Shown here: piece by piece, positions 50,251 to 62,399 of the stretch
Numbering within the stretch: the first letter of the stretch is position 1
Layout: the number at the start of each line of letters is the position of its first letter
The notes under the pieces: generated by a model
What the model saw: only the letters and a program-made list of their open reading frames with translations
What the model was told of the DNA's origin: nothing
Databases searched by the model: none
Translations under genes and position numbers: made by a program
Assembly: GCF_008831285.2 (NCBI RefSeq)
Contig: NC_045138.2
Location: 20,212,001 to 20,276,000 of the forward strand
DNA: 64,000 bases
Origin: Nymphaea colorata
Taxonomy: Eukaryota
Reading direction: 5' to 3'

Positions 50251-51424
50251 TCTCTCTCTCTTCCCCATTGCAGGTTTAAGATCAGAATAGTTAGAATGAG
50301 AACTTGTGGGGCCCTCGCCTCAAACTCTCTCTTTCTTTCGTTCTCTTTCTACACAATGTCTTTTCTGTAGTTCTGGCAACAAGTTCTACGTTCATGGCTG
50401 GATAGGGTTTTTCATTTTTTAATGTCAAACAGTTTTTCTTTTCATTTTCTATTTTTTGTTTGTTGCATATCTACTTTATGTTATTAGCTTTTCATTTATT
50501 TTATTTTTCCACAATTTTTTAACTTTTTAAAAAATTACCATATTTTTTCTTTTTTTTTCGTCTTTTTCAAGCTCATCGTATTGTACTCTAAGAAAACCTT
50601 GTCGTTTAAAACTTCAAAACGTTATTCATGTTAAAGCAAGATCAGATGGGCAATTAAAATTTGTGAATCGTGATCTAAGGTCCGCTTTGAAGTTTAACAA
50701 GCATATAGGCCTAAGGGTTGACGGCACTAATCACGGCATTTTATGAGCTGAAGGTGACTAAATTTCATGTCACAAAGGTGGTTTTGTGATATGAGAAGAA
50801 CAAAGGTGAGTCTTTTAAGTCAATGAGAGTACATAATCCATTTAGGTGACCATGCATGATTGTCAAAGAATGAACATTGCATATTGCCGGTGCGAAGCTG
50901 CCAACCACGAATTGTGTGCAAGGAACTCTAGTTTGGAAGGGAGTTGGCACAATAGATGGAGCGGGGACTCGCTGGTGGTCAGTCTCTGCTTCAAAAATTT
51001 GAGACATCAACCGTTTGTATTGTAAAAAAAGTCACTGACATGCACGTTGAATAGTGACAGGAGCGGCACCTCGAAACACGAAAGGCAGGTCTTGCACTAT
51101 AAGGGGAAGAGGGATTGGATGGGTGTTTCGACTCTTTTATTGGCGATAGGATGAAATACTCCTCCTACTTACACAGAACAAAAAAAACCATACTCCTGTT
51201 TTCCTTCAAAAGTTCATTAGAATCAAACTTAGCTGATAAGCTAGGGTTTTTCAAATCAATTCTTACAAGATTTCCAAAATTACAAAGTTTCAATTAACTT
51301 GAGAAGACAGGTGGAGTCAAACCCAAGACAAAAGTGTTTGGATGCAATAGGGTTGTGACCAGATTAAACGAAGCAGCTAGCATAACTGAGTCAACCCAAT
51401 AAAGAATGAAAAGAACAAGGAGAG

Positions 51425-53045
51425 ATGGTGGGACCAGACGGGAGTGCAGAATCCATGGCTTTGGGGGGAGATGCAGAGTCCGCTAATAGGGGAGACATGG
51501 TGGTTCCTGGCTGGAGTCAAGAACCCATGGATTTGGGTGGAGTCACAGAGCCTGCTAATAGGGGAATGGTATTGCCTGCAGCGATCAATCCCTTACATGG
51601 TAAATCTTGGGCATCCATAGTCGATGGGGGGAGGGTAGATGAGGAGATGAGTTTACTTCCGTTAGAGAAGAAGGAGATATCAGGGAAGAAGCGACTGACT
51701 ATATCACAACAGTCATATGAACGCTTGTGTCAGCCATTTCAGTTTAGTGCCATTGCTACTCTCGCGGGTGGTGCAGGGAAAGGGCGTCTGGACTACAGTT
51801 TCATCTTCACAAGTCTCAAAAACTTATGGCCGGGTGTTGCTGATTTAATGTTTACATCAGTAGGGAAAGGTATGTTTCTCCTTCCTACCTCCTCAGAAGT
51901 TGTTCTTAAATTCATATTGTCTCTCGGTCGATGGTATGTTGGCAGGAGACTTCTTATTGCAAATCAATGGCACCCCCATGAGGATCGAGAGCTCTAATCG
52001 AGTCTGTATATGGATTAGACTGCCTGATTTACCTGTAGAATGGTGGAACCCTCGCATTTTCACTGACATTGCAGAGCTAATAGGAGGCTCATTCGTGGAA
52101 GCGGATGAATATACCAGGCATCTTCATCGTTTTGGCTTTGCCCGCATAAAGATTGAAATACCGTTGGGGTTCAGCCCCATATCAGAGATCAAGATGGAGA
52201 TTTCAGGGGGTAAGATATTAGTTGAAACCATAGAATATGAAACCAAGGTTAAGTACTGCCACAAATGTGGATCCACGGCTCATTTTGAAGGGTCCTGTGC
52301 TGTGAGAGAGGCTGCCACGGAAGTGGAGAAGGGTTCCCCCAATGGGTGGCAACTAGTAAAAACTCCCAAAAGACGCGCCCCACACAAGGATAAAGAGGAT
52401 CCCTTAAAATAAAATAGATTCCAAGCGCTTACGCTTTTGCCAGAGACCAAAAATGACAAGGAAAATTCTACCAAAAGTCTTGGTGGGAGGGTTACAGAAA
52501 GCTCAGAAGGGAAGGAGAAGGGTTTAACTAATGTGGTAGAAGCTAACAGGGCAGAGGAGGGAGCTATTCCAGTTGCACAGTCCACAAAGCAAGGTGCTGA
52601 AGTTGTGCAAGCCTCACAAGCTGCCTTGGTGCCTCCAGGGCCAGCCTCAAGCACCTTAAATGGCCTTGTGGGCTCTGCAGTAATAGATTCAAACCCTCTG
52701 CTAGAGTCTAACAATATCCACATGACTGATAAGGTGAAAAAATGAACCCTTAAGCACCGAGAGGTGAATGGCACCAAAAAGAGAATCAACCCACCAAAAG
52801 AGAGCGACAGAAATGTGAAGACAGGTGGGTGCTTACATGAAAAGACAGACCTTACTATGGTCGAGGTTACACCGGAGCTCGAGGACGGCCCCTCTTCAGA
52901 TGATATGGATGTTGGCAATATGGATGTTGGCAACGTAGTGGCTAAGGCTTGTTCTGAGGCCATGGACAATGATTATGAGGATGATCCTTCCAATGACCGG
53001 ATGGGTAGCTGCGAAGGGAGGGGGCTTGGTCACCTTGGCTTATGA
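51425..53045 (+). pseudogene. LINE ORF1 (DUF4283 RRM-like + CCHC zinc knuckle), disrupted
   Basis: Motifs KSWASIV, GKGMFLL, WYVGRRLLIANQW, WIRLPDLPVEWW, FARIKIEI and YETKVKYCHKCGSTAHFEGSC. Frameshift at ~51975; stops at 52410-52412 and 52743-52745. Confidence 0.9.
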
Positions 53046-56000
53046 ATATACTTGCTTGGAATGTCCGCGGGCTGGCAGTGCCTCCAGCCCAACACGAGTC
53101 CTTAAGGACTCTCAGGAATATGAACACCACTATTGCGTTTGCAATTGATTCCAAACTTAATGCGGAGCAACTTCAGAAGTTCAAATACAAGGTTCCAGAG
53201 ATGCAGATTGTCTCTAACATCCATATTTCAGGTCCATGGGCATGCATACCAATGAGGATGAGCATACCAGTTAAGTGTAAAACGATCCCTACTTAACTGG
53301 CATGCTCATCCTCATTGGATCGTTTTACACTTCTCTAAAATTCAGTCGGGTCTGCATTTTGTAGTTATAGGAGTTTATATGCATACTGATTTTAGAATCA
53401 GAAAGGACCTTTTTCTGAGGCTTTGCGCTGTAGTGAATCAATGTAGTGTGTCAGTCATTTGTATGTGTGACTTCAATGCAGTTTCTAACAGTAATGAGAA
53501 AACTGGGATGGCACCTGCTATCCAAGCATGCATTGCTCTTTCCAATTTTGTTTCCCAATCGGCCTTATGTGAAATATCCTGCCTAGACATGAAATTCACT
53601 TGGACCAACAATCGTGTGGGACAAGAGAATGTCATGTCAAAAATTGATAGATGCTATGTCTCTTAGGAATGGTTGGATGACCCTGAACTTACCCTGCACC
53701 TGGAAGTGCAGCAGAGAACCATCTCAGATCACAATTCCATTTTGCTTTATATATCCAAACGTAGGTACAACACTTGGGGTCGCTCTCCTTTTCACCACTT
53801 TCAGTATTGGCAGGACATGGCAGGATATAGCGATCTAGTCCGTTCTGCAGTGGACACTAGGGGCTGCACCATGATCAAGCTCATACAGAAACTGAAAGCT
53901 ACCAGGGACAAGCTGAAGGTTTGGTGCAAGGGTGAAGCCAATAATCTCCCTAATCAAATTATGGCGATGAAGACAAGTATCAAGTTTATTCAAACCCAAA
54001 GTGAGTGTGACATGTCTGAAGCGATTGAAGAAGAATGCAGACTTAAGCATGAACTATCTAGACTCCTCTGGCTAGAAGAACGACTTTGGCGTCAAAAGTC
54101 TAGAATTAAATGGTTGAGGGACGGCGACTTGAACACCAAATTCTTTCAGGTGATTGCCAATGGCAGGAGGCGTCGTAACAAGATTGAGACTATTACTCAT
54201 GAGGGTCAACTTGCGACGGACAGTCTGGAAATCTTTACAGCTTGTACTGATTTTTTCACCACCCTGTTAGGGAGCACACAAGGTTCAGGGCGCTTACCTC
54301 AATCTGTTGCGCCAGGTCCTACTGTGACGTCTGAGGAGAGTGATGAGCTTCTTAAACCTATTAATGATACTGAAATCAAGTGGGCGGTTATGGAGGCTGA
54401 TCGGGACTCTGCGCCTAGACCAGATGGGTTCGGGAACAGTTTTTTTCAATCCAATTGGAGCGTTGTGTAGGAGGCAGTGGGAGGGGCTATACGTGGGTTT
54501 TTCAATACCAACAGACTGGTGAAATCAGTTAATAAGGCTCACATTATTCTTCTGCCCAAGGAGCAAGGTGTAATGCAGGTGGAGAAGTTTCGGCCCATCT
54601 CCCTTTGCACCAGCATTCTGAAATTTGTCACTCGGATCATGGTCAAACGTATGCGGCCTATATTGAACAGGATCATCGCAAAAAACCAAAATGTCTTCCT
54701 CTCAGCGAGGTGCATTCAGGATAATTTTCTCCTTAGCCAAGAAATTGTTCACATTCTTCAAAACAGCAAGAAGAAAGCAGTTTGTGTGAAAATTGATTTG
54801 AGTAAGGCCTATGACAGAGTGAATTGGGAGTTCTTGCAAGCCACCTTGTGCTATCTAGGATTTCATGATTTGTGGGTAAAGAAAGTTATGACGATTGTTA
54901 CCACAGTTAAATCGGCTTTGCTTATCAATGGCAAGGAAGGTACATTGTTTGAAAACAATAGAGGACTCAGGCAGGGGGACCCACTCTCCCCGTATTTATT
55001 TATCACTATGATAAAAATGCTCACGTGCAGCATTCAAGCTCAAGTTAATAACAATCAAATTAGGATTCCCGCCAAGGGGGCTGGTAACACTCCTCCTTTC
55101 TCTACCTTATATGCAAACGATATCATTTTCTTCATTCAAGGCAGAATTAAAAACTTTCGGAACTTGAAAGCGTGTCTTGATGACTTCTCCTCTCGTTCTG
55201 GCCTTGTCATTAATAATGACAAAAGTTATGTTCTCTCTTTCAATTTGGACAGCCAGGTTCAAATTCAAATAGAGCAAGAATTAGGTTGGCGTCAAGGATA
55301 TCTTCCTTCCAAGTATCTTGGCATCCCCCTTTAGACGAATGACGTGACAGAGGAGCAATGCATACATTTAGTCCTTCGCACATGTCAAAAGCTTACCCTT
55401 TGGAAACAAAAATGTCTATCATTTGCTGGCTGACTCAGCCTCATAAAGCATGCTCTTTCTATGATGCATGCTTACTGGAGTTTGGTGGTTAAGCTCCCTG
55501 CCACCACTTGCAAACTTTTCAACAAAATGGCAGCTGAGTTTTTATGGGGTGATACGGTGGACCACAAAAATCATCATCGCATCAAATGGGCTACACTATG
55601 TCTTTCTAAGTTAGAGGGAGGTGCAGGACTCAGAGACCTTAGTAAAACTAATCAGGCCAACTTGGCGTTCTTAGTGTATCGCGTGACACAACAATCCTCC
55701 CCATGGGCTGAGCTTGTTAGAGGGCGCTACTATGAGCGCAAAGCCCTGACCGACAACAGTATAAGGGGTAAAGGGGTGTTCAAAGCATGGCGTAGGGCCC
55801 TACAGGCATGGAGTAGGATTAAAGGTGACGTTCACTGGAAGATTGGCAATGGTAAGTTGGCCAAATTTTGGATAGAACAATGGGGAGCAGGCCATCTGAT
55901 TGAAAAAATTCCCACATCCCATCTCCACCTAATTCGTGACACGCTTGGGAGCACAGTGAGTGACATTATGGGAGTGAATGGAGATTACATTAGTCACTTC

Positions 56001-57152
56001 CTTGCGAGATTAAACATTCCTTTTACTTGTCCTAATCTGCAAGAAGAGCAGCCTGATGTCATGGTTTGGAGATCTGAAGATCAAAGGGATTTCAACTGGC
56101 ATGAACTTTGGCAAAAGATTAGGAAGAAAGGTCCCAAGAATGATGACAATATGCTTGTTTGGAAAGGGAGAGGACTTCCAAGAGCCACCTGGACTGTTTA
56201 TTTAGGTGTCGCAGGACGCCTCCCTACCGATAGTTTTGTGCAAAAACAGGGTCAATCCCTCGCTTCGAGGTGCTCTGTTTGTAAGCGAGAGATCGAAGAC
56301 CTCAAACATGTGTTTTTCACTTGTAAAAGGGCCCTCTCCATCTGGAACTGCATTTTTGACAAATTTGGAAGGGCCAAACAGTGGAGTAGGAGTCCCAATA
56401 ACATTTTGCAAGGTCTTATCTGGTGGCATAGGAAATACTTCAAAGAAAAAAGCTTTGATAAATGCTGGAAAGACAGCTTCCATATGGCGATATGGTTTAT
56501 TTGGAAAACTCGTAACCACACTAAGCATAAAGGCGATCTTCCTATTGGCATCCTAGCAACACAGTTTTGGATGCACTGCAACGAATTTTGGTGGAATTAT
56601 CATTGGAAAGGGACTCAGCATTACAAAATTTGTAACTGGCTTCGCTCTCGGATCCCTTGGAGCAATGGAGGCATCAATGATGATAGATGGGTTGAAATCA
56701 GCATTTCTTCATGGTGCAAGGGCAGCAAAAGAGGAGTGGCAGGTCTCATTGGAGACGTCTCTGGGGGCTTCCGTTTTGGCTTGGCTTGCTGGTTTGAGAA
56801 CAACATAGGATGGTGGGAGACAGAGGTTCTTTTGGAATGCATTGGACACCTAGCGAACATTGAAGATAACTGTGGGCGCATTCATCTACGGGCAAATGAT
56901 GGAGATTGGAAGCAACACTTATGCAACATCACTGAACGGCACACAGAAAATGTTGATCTTTTCATGAGGAGCAACAACTTTCTTAATAGGCTTTCAATCT
57001 CTAAGGGATGGCCGACTGCTGAAGCTACTCACCTTTTGTTGATTATTCCGGCCAATGGTTTGTACAGAAATGGATTCCTCATGACAACATGTGGGATCCA
57101 TTTAACTAAAGATACATTACGAGTTGAGGTTCTGTGGGAACCCATTTTTTGA
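53042..57152 (+). pseudogene. LINE ORF2 (APE endonuclease, reverse transcriptase, zf-RVT, RNase H-like tail), disrupted
   Basis: Motifs MNILAWNVRGL, DFNAV, FTWTNNR, SKIDR, SDH, WLRDGDLNTKFF, FRPISLC, KIDLSKAYDRVNW, GLRQGDPLSPYLF, YAND (for YADD), YLGIPL and CSVCKREIEDLKHVFFTC. Stops at 53664, 54468, 55332 and 55431; rearrangement at ~53240-53290. Confidence 0.93.
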
Positions 57153-59405
57153 TGTACATATCACCTCATTCTGTTGCAATAAAAGGTTGGGGGCCTAACC
57201 CCCACGCAGCCATTGTCCGGAAAAGAACAAGGAGACGCGCTAATGGTGGCCTTTCCAAGGACCAAGTTAGATTTATAAGATCTCAAGTAACCAGTAGCCT
57301 CATATCCTATAAGATTCAAAACTCTCTCTCTCTCTCTAGCTGACTGGCTCAATTAGGTGCATTTATTCGATATAAGTAGGAATATTCTCTCTCTCTCTCT
57401 CTCTCTCATATTCACATAGAAAAAGTCAGTATACTTCTTATTCTATTATATAAGCATATTGATTTTAAATATTATAAAACCAAGTCCGAAGTAAGTCCAT
57501 TAACTTGGGGCTATAAATCACGACATGTATTCTCGGAACGAGACTTACTTGAGAACATTTTCAACACGTAAATAAAATGGAAGTGTTTCGTCACCTTTAC
57601 TAGATTCAGCTTATCACAAACGCTTGAATAGTGCGATCTGATTAAAAACTAGTGCCTCGTTCGTTCATTAACATTCTGAATGTAAACTCAAATTCTCCAA
57701 CCTCCTCCTCTAAGATGCCCTTATTATCATTAATTCCTCTCAGGCTGCATCACATCATGCCATGCTTTCATGTGACCCCATGAGCATCAGCATTCACAAA
57801 GAAAGAGCCTCATGCTTCCGTCATGCTATCATGTCCAAGGCCAAAAAATTAATGGTCTTTCTTCTTGTTCTAAGTTTATTTACATTTTACCCAACAACGC
57901 AAATGTTAAGGGCCAATTCGCAGCAGTAAATTGTTACTATCCAATAAATCTATTAAAATTGAGACAGATTCATGGAATATTGTGTTACTTTTACAGTGCT
58001 ATGTTTCATGAACCTTTTCAAATTTTTTGGGTTGTATAGTTATAATCATAGTCACAAATAATGTCTCAGTTTTAAACAATGAGGTTTTTCTTGTGTATAA
58101 TATGACAGAAAAAATGGTATTTGTTAATTAAAAAAACTAAAAATAAGAAAAAATAAAATAAGTGAGAAAATAACAACACAAACATGAAAAGATAAATAGA
58201 TTTGCAACAAATAAAAAATGAAAAAAAAAAATTGTTTGGTATTAAAAAATAAAAAAAATAAATAAATTGAAAAATGCAAAAAATGTGTTTTTTTCGTTTT
58301 TCATGTTTTTTAAAAAAATGTGTTTTTTAAGTTTTAAACGAACATTTCATTTTCTCATGTCTTTTGGTGTTTTCTCGAAAATAACATGTCTTTTGAGCTG
58401 AGCTTCGGCCTCTTTGGATATCCGAAAAGAAGAGTCACTTCCTAAAAAATATTTTGATTGATTTTCTAAAATTGCACAGTGGAAAATATCATATTGTCAA
58501 TATGTATCAATCGGCAACGCCTCTCTCTCTTTCTTTTCGAATCCTGTCACTTTAAGTCAATATAATATTAGTCGTCAACTTGTTTTTTTCTTTCCCTTCC
58601 ACGGAAGGAAAAGGCATGCATGATAGATCATCTGGCCTTTTGGCAGCGACCAACAACCAGGGTGACATCAACGGAAATTTTAAGCTTTTCCAAGAAAGCA
58701 AGCAACGCATGTACAATTTTCTCTTGAAGTTCGATTACCAGGAAACCTGCAATTCACTTTCTAGAAATTTATAATCTTCTCGACGTGATGGCTGCCGACT
58801 CATTTTCTACTAAGCAATAACTCGACGAATCCTGTTTCTTTACTTTGCACTCGATGGATAACACAACCGGTCAGGTTGGGTGGCGTGTTGTAGTTGCGTC
58901 CTCCTTTCAAATCCTGAAAGGAAATATCTTAATGATATTAAGGATTGTTGATCTTGAGATTATGGGTGTCATAAGGCTAAGTGGACCTGCTCTTGTCCCC
59001 CCTTCCTCTCTCTCTCTCTTTCTTCCTGATTGCAGGTTTAAGATCAACATAGTTAGAATTAGAACCTGCTCGGCCCTCTCCTCTCCCTTTCTCTCTCTCT
59101 CTCTCTTTCGTTCTCCCTCTAAAATATGGGGTTTAGGGCAACACCATAAAATATCAAAGTTACAATAATACCCCTATAAATTTTTGCCTATAAGAAGAAA
59201 ATAGGGAATTGGGGAATCCTATTAAGTAGGAATGAGAAGAAAAACTCAAGCAAGAAAAGATGAGAAGGGATGCAGAAACTGAAATCGTCTGTTGTATTTT
59301 CTCTATCTTATGCACTTCTCTAACTGCAAATTGAATTATGAAACATAATATGTTGTTCGAGTCCCTCATGATCACCTATAAAAACATGATACAAGCATGT
59401 ATTCT

Positions 59406-59590
59406 CAGGAGGAGGTGGAACGAGAAAGTTTTGGGTTGAATTAAAGTTTCTAATTTTGACCATGATTGAAATATCGTTTTTCATAATTTTTATATACAAC
59501 ATGTTAAATTTTTAAAATTTACATGTAAATTTAAAAAAAAAATTGAGGTGTGGTCAGGGCCCATGCGGCCCTTGCCTTGGCTCTGCCCTG
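59406..59590. mobile_element. CAGGG-family hAT MITE (opposite orientation to 46364-46553)
   Basis: Perfect 8-bp TSD TGTATTCT at 59398-59405 and 59591-59598; right terminus TGGCTCTGCCCTG. Confidence 0.85.
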
Positions 59591-60504
59591 TGTATTCTGT
59601 TGATGTTGAATATCAAAATCTTGCATCATACAATCGTGGCAATGCCGCATTGACCAGAATTATTCATCTTAAAGCAAGAGGGATTGAGAGTACTAATCAC
59701 GGCGTTTTATGAGCTGAAGGTGACTAAGTTTCATGTTACAAAGGTGGTTTTGTGATCATGAGAACAAAGGTGAGTCTTCAGGTCAATGAGAGTACATAAT
59801 CCATATATGTGACCATGCATGATTGCCAAATAATGAACATTGCATATTGCCGGTGCGTAGCTGCCAACTACTAAACGTGTATAAGGGACTCTAGTTTGCA
59901 AGGGAGTTGGCACAATAGATGAAGCGGGGACTAGCTGGCGGTTAGTCTTTGCTTCAAAAATTCGAGAGGTCAACCGTTTGTACTGTAAAAAGAGTCACTG
60001 GCATGCACGTTGAACAGTGACAGAAGCAACACCTCGAAACACAAAAAGCTGGTCTTGCACTCTAGGAGTCTAGAGAGATGACGGGTTCGGTGGGAGTTTT
60101 GACTTTCCTTTTAGCGATAGAATGAAATACTCCTCTTACTTACCCAGAACACAAAGAACCATACTCTTGTTTCCCTTCAAAAATTCATTATAATCAAACT
60201 TAGCCAATAAGCTAGGGTTTTTCAAATCAATTCTTACAAGATTTCTAAAATTACAAAGTTCCAATTAACTTGAGAGGAGAGATGGAGTCAAACCCAAGAC
60301 AAAAGTGATGGGATGCAATAGGATAGTGACCATATTAAATGAAGAGGCTAGCCTAACTCAGTCAACTCAATAGACAGGGAAAAGAATACGACACATAGGT
60401 TTGACCCAGGTCAGGCTAAGGAGACGCGCTAATGGTGGCTTTTCCAAGGACCAAGTTAGATTTACACGATCTTAAGTAACGAGCAGCCCTCTTATAAGAT
60501 TCAA

Positions 60505-60543
<39 letters not shown>

Positions 60544-61344
60544 GTCTGCATGCCCTTGAGATTTGAAGCAGCACTTGGCTGTGCATGTGACCAGCTGACT
60601 GGCTCAATAAGGTGCATTTATTCCATACAAGTAGGAATTCTCTCTCTCTCTCTCTCTCATATTCATGTAGAAAAGATCAATATACTTCCTATTCTATATT
60701 CATATAGAAAAAGTCAGTATACTTTTTATTCTATTATATAACTAAGCATATTGGTTTTAAATATTATAAAACCAAGTCTGGAGTAAGTCCATTAACTTGG
60801 GGCTATAAATCACGACATATATTCTCAGAACGAGGCTTACTTGAGAACATTTTCAACACGTAAATTAAATAGAAGGGTTTCGTCACCTTTACTAGATTCA
60901 GCTTATAACAAACGCTTGAATAGTGCGATCTGATTAAAAATTAGTGCCTTGTTCGTTCATTAACATTCTGAATGTAAACTCAAATTCTCCAACCTCCTCC
61001 TCTACGGTGCCCTTATTCTCATTAATTCCTATCAAGTTGCATCACATCATGCCATGCTTTCATGTGACCCCAGCACCTTGTGAGCATCAGCATTCGCACA
61101 AAGAAAGAGCCTCAGGCTTCCGTCATACTATCATGTCAAGGCCAAAAAAAAATAATAGTTTTTTTTCTTGTTCTAAGTTCATTTACTTTCTACCCAACAA
61201 CAAGAATGTTACGGGCCAATTCACTAAATTGTTACTATGTAATGAATCTACCAAAATTAAGACAGATTCATGGAATATTGTGTTAGTGTTGCAGTGTTAT
61301 GTTTCATGAATCTTTTTAAATTTTTTGGGTTGTACAGTTACAAT

Positions 61345-61698
61345 CATAGTCACAAATAACGTTTCGGAGTTTTAAACAGTGAGCCTTTTTTTTTGTATAA
61401 TACGTCAGACTTGAAAAATACGAAAAAAAATGGTATTTTTTTAAATGAAAAAAAAAATTAAAAATAAGGAAAAATAAAATAAGTGAGAAAATAACAACAC
61501 AAACACCAAAAGATAAGTAGATTTGCAACAAATAAAAAAATGTTTGGCATTAAAAAATGAAAAAAAAAGTGAAAAAATGCGAAAAAACATGTCTTTTGCT
61601 TTTTTCTTTTTTTTTCAAAAAAATGTGTTTTTTAAGTTTTAAACGACATTTCATTTTTTCATGTTTTCTTTGAAAATAACATGTTTTTTATGACTACT
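61345..61698. mobile_element. AT-rich hAT-type MITE (CATAGTCACAAA family); truncated copies at ~58027-58395 and inverted at ~50400-50628
   Basis: Perfect 8-bp TSD GTTACAAT at 61337-61344 and 61699-61706; termini CATAGTCACA / TATGACTACT. Confidence 0.8.
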
Positions 61699-62332
61699 GT
61701 TACAATAAATATGTTACAACTCTTAGTAAAACGCTACAACAAAAATTTGATACACCAACTACCCATGATGATAACTTCCGAGACCAAGAAGAAGAAAGAA
61801 GCAAAGATACAAGAATACAAGGATTTATGCGGTTCAAAAAAGATCAATATCTTTCTGCACCTATTTCTGTGTGAAGTCTCCACAGTTTCAAACAATCATA
61901 GAAACAGATTTTTTCAAACAGTACTATTTTGGAGCTATACCCAGTTACGTGCCAATAATATCATGTGATATTTACAGCTTTGTCCTTATTTGAATATCAC
62001 ATTTTTGGAAACATTAATGCTCTCTTGATTGTGCTGTCCCAGGTGCGCGGACGCATTCTCGGGATGATCCGGTCAGGTTTTGACTCTTTCTGATAAACCA
62101 AAGCTAATTCATATTGGAGCTCTCAGAAATAAAATAACTGTGGAAGAAGAAGTCCGATCTTGGACGGATCAGTCCGGTCCCACTCCTCGTTGCCTTGTTT
62201 TGCTCACTATCAGTTATTTAATTCGTGCCAAGCATTTCCTGACCTTGCTTCTATCAGCATCTTCCAGGAGAAAACCGATATATCGTTGTAATTTGATCGT
62301 TTTGAAGATCTATATTTGTTTATCAAAAATAT

Positions 62333-62335
<3 letters not shown>

Positions 62336-62399
<64 letters not shown>
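62336..62399. repeat. (TA)n(GA)n compound microsatellite
   Basis: Directly visible in the sequence. Confidence 0.95.

Larger units (their letters stand above)
51424..57219 (+). mobile_element. L1-type LINE retrotransposon, near full length, decayed
   Basis: 16-bp TSD GAAAAGAACAAGGAGA at 51408-51423 and 57220-57235. The flanks rejoin into repeat module C (compare 48535-48590 and 60378-60435). Contains ORF1 and ORF2. Confidence 0.95.
46270..61700 (+). repeat. Array of about three diverged ~3-kb non-coding units (modules D-B-C-E), the middle unit interrupted by the LINE
   Basis: Module D at ~46270-46790, 49630-50345 and 58390-59110. Module B at 43250-43765, 47440-47955, 50630-50930 and 59310-59900. 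Module C at 47955-48650, 50920-51423+57236-57480 and 59880-60770. Module E at 57480-58390 and 60770-61700, partial at 49230-49630. Boundaries are approximate. Confidence 0.85.

Noticed and set aside
52280..52969. 229-aa minus-strand ORF inside the LINE
   Set aside because: Antisense shadow of the low-complexity ORF1 C-terminal region; no motif support.
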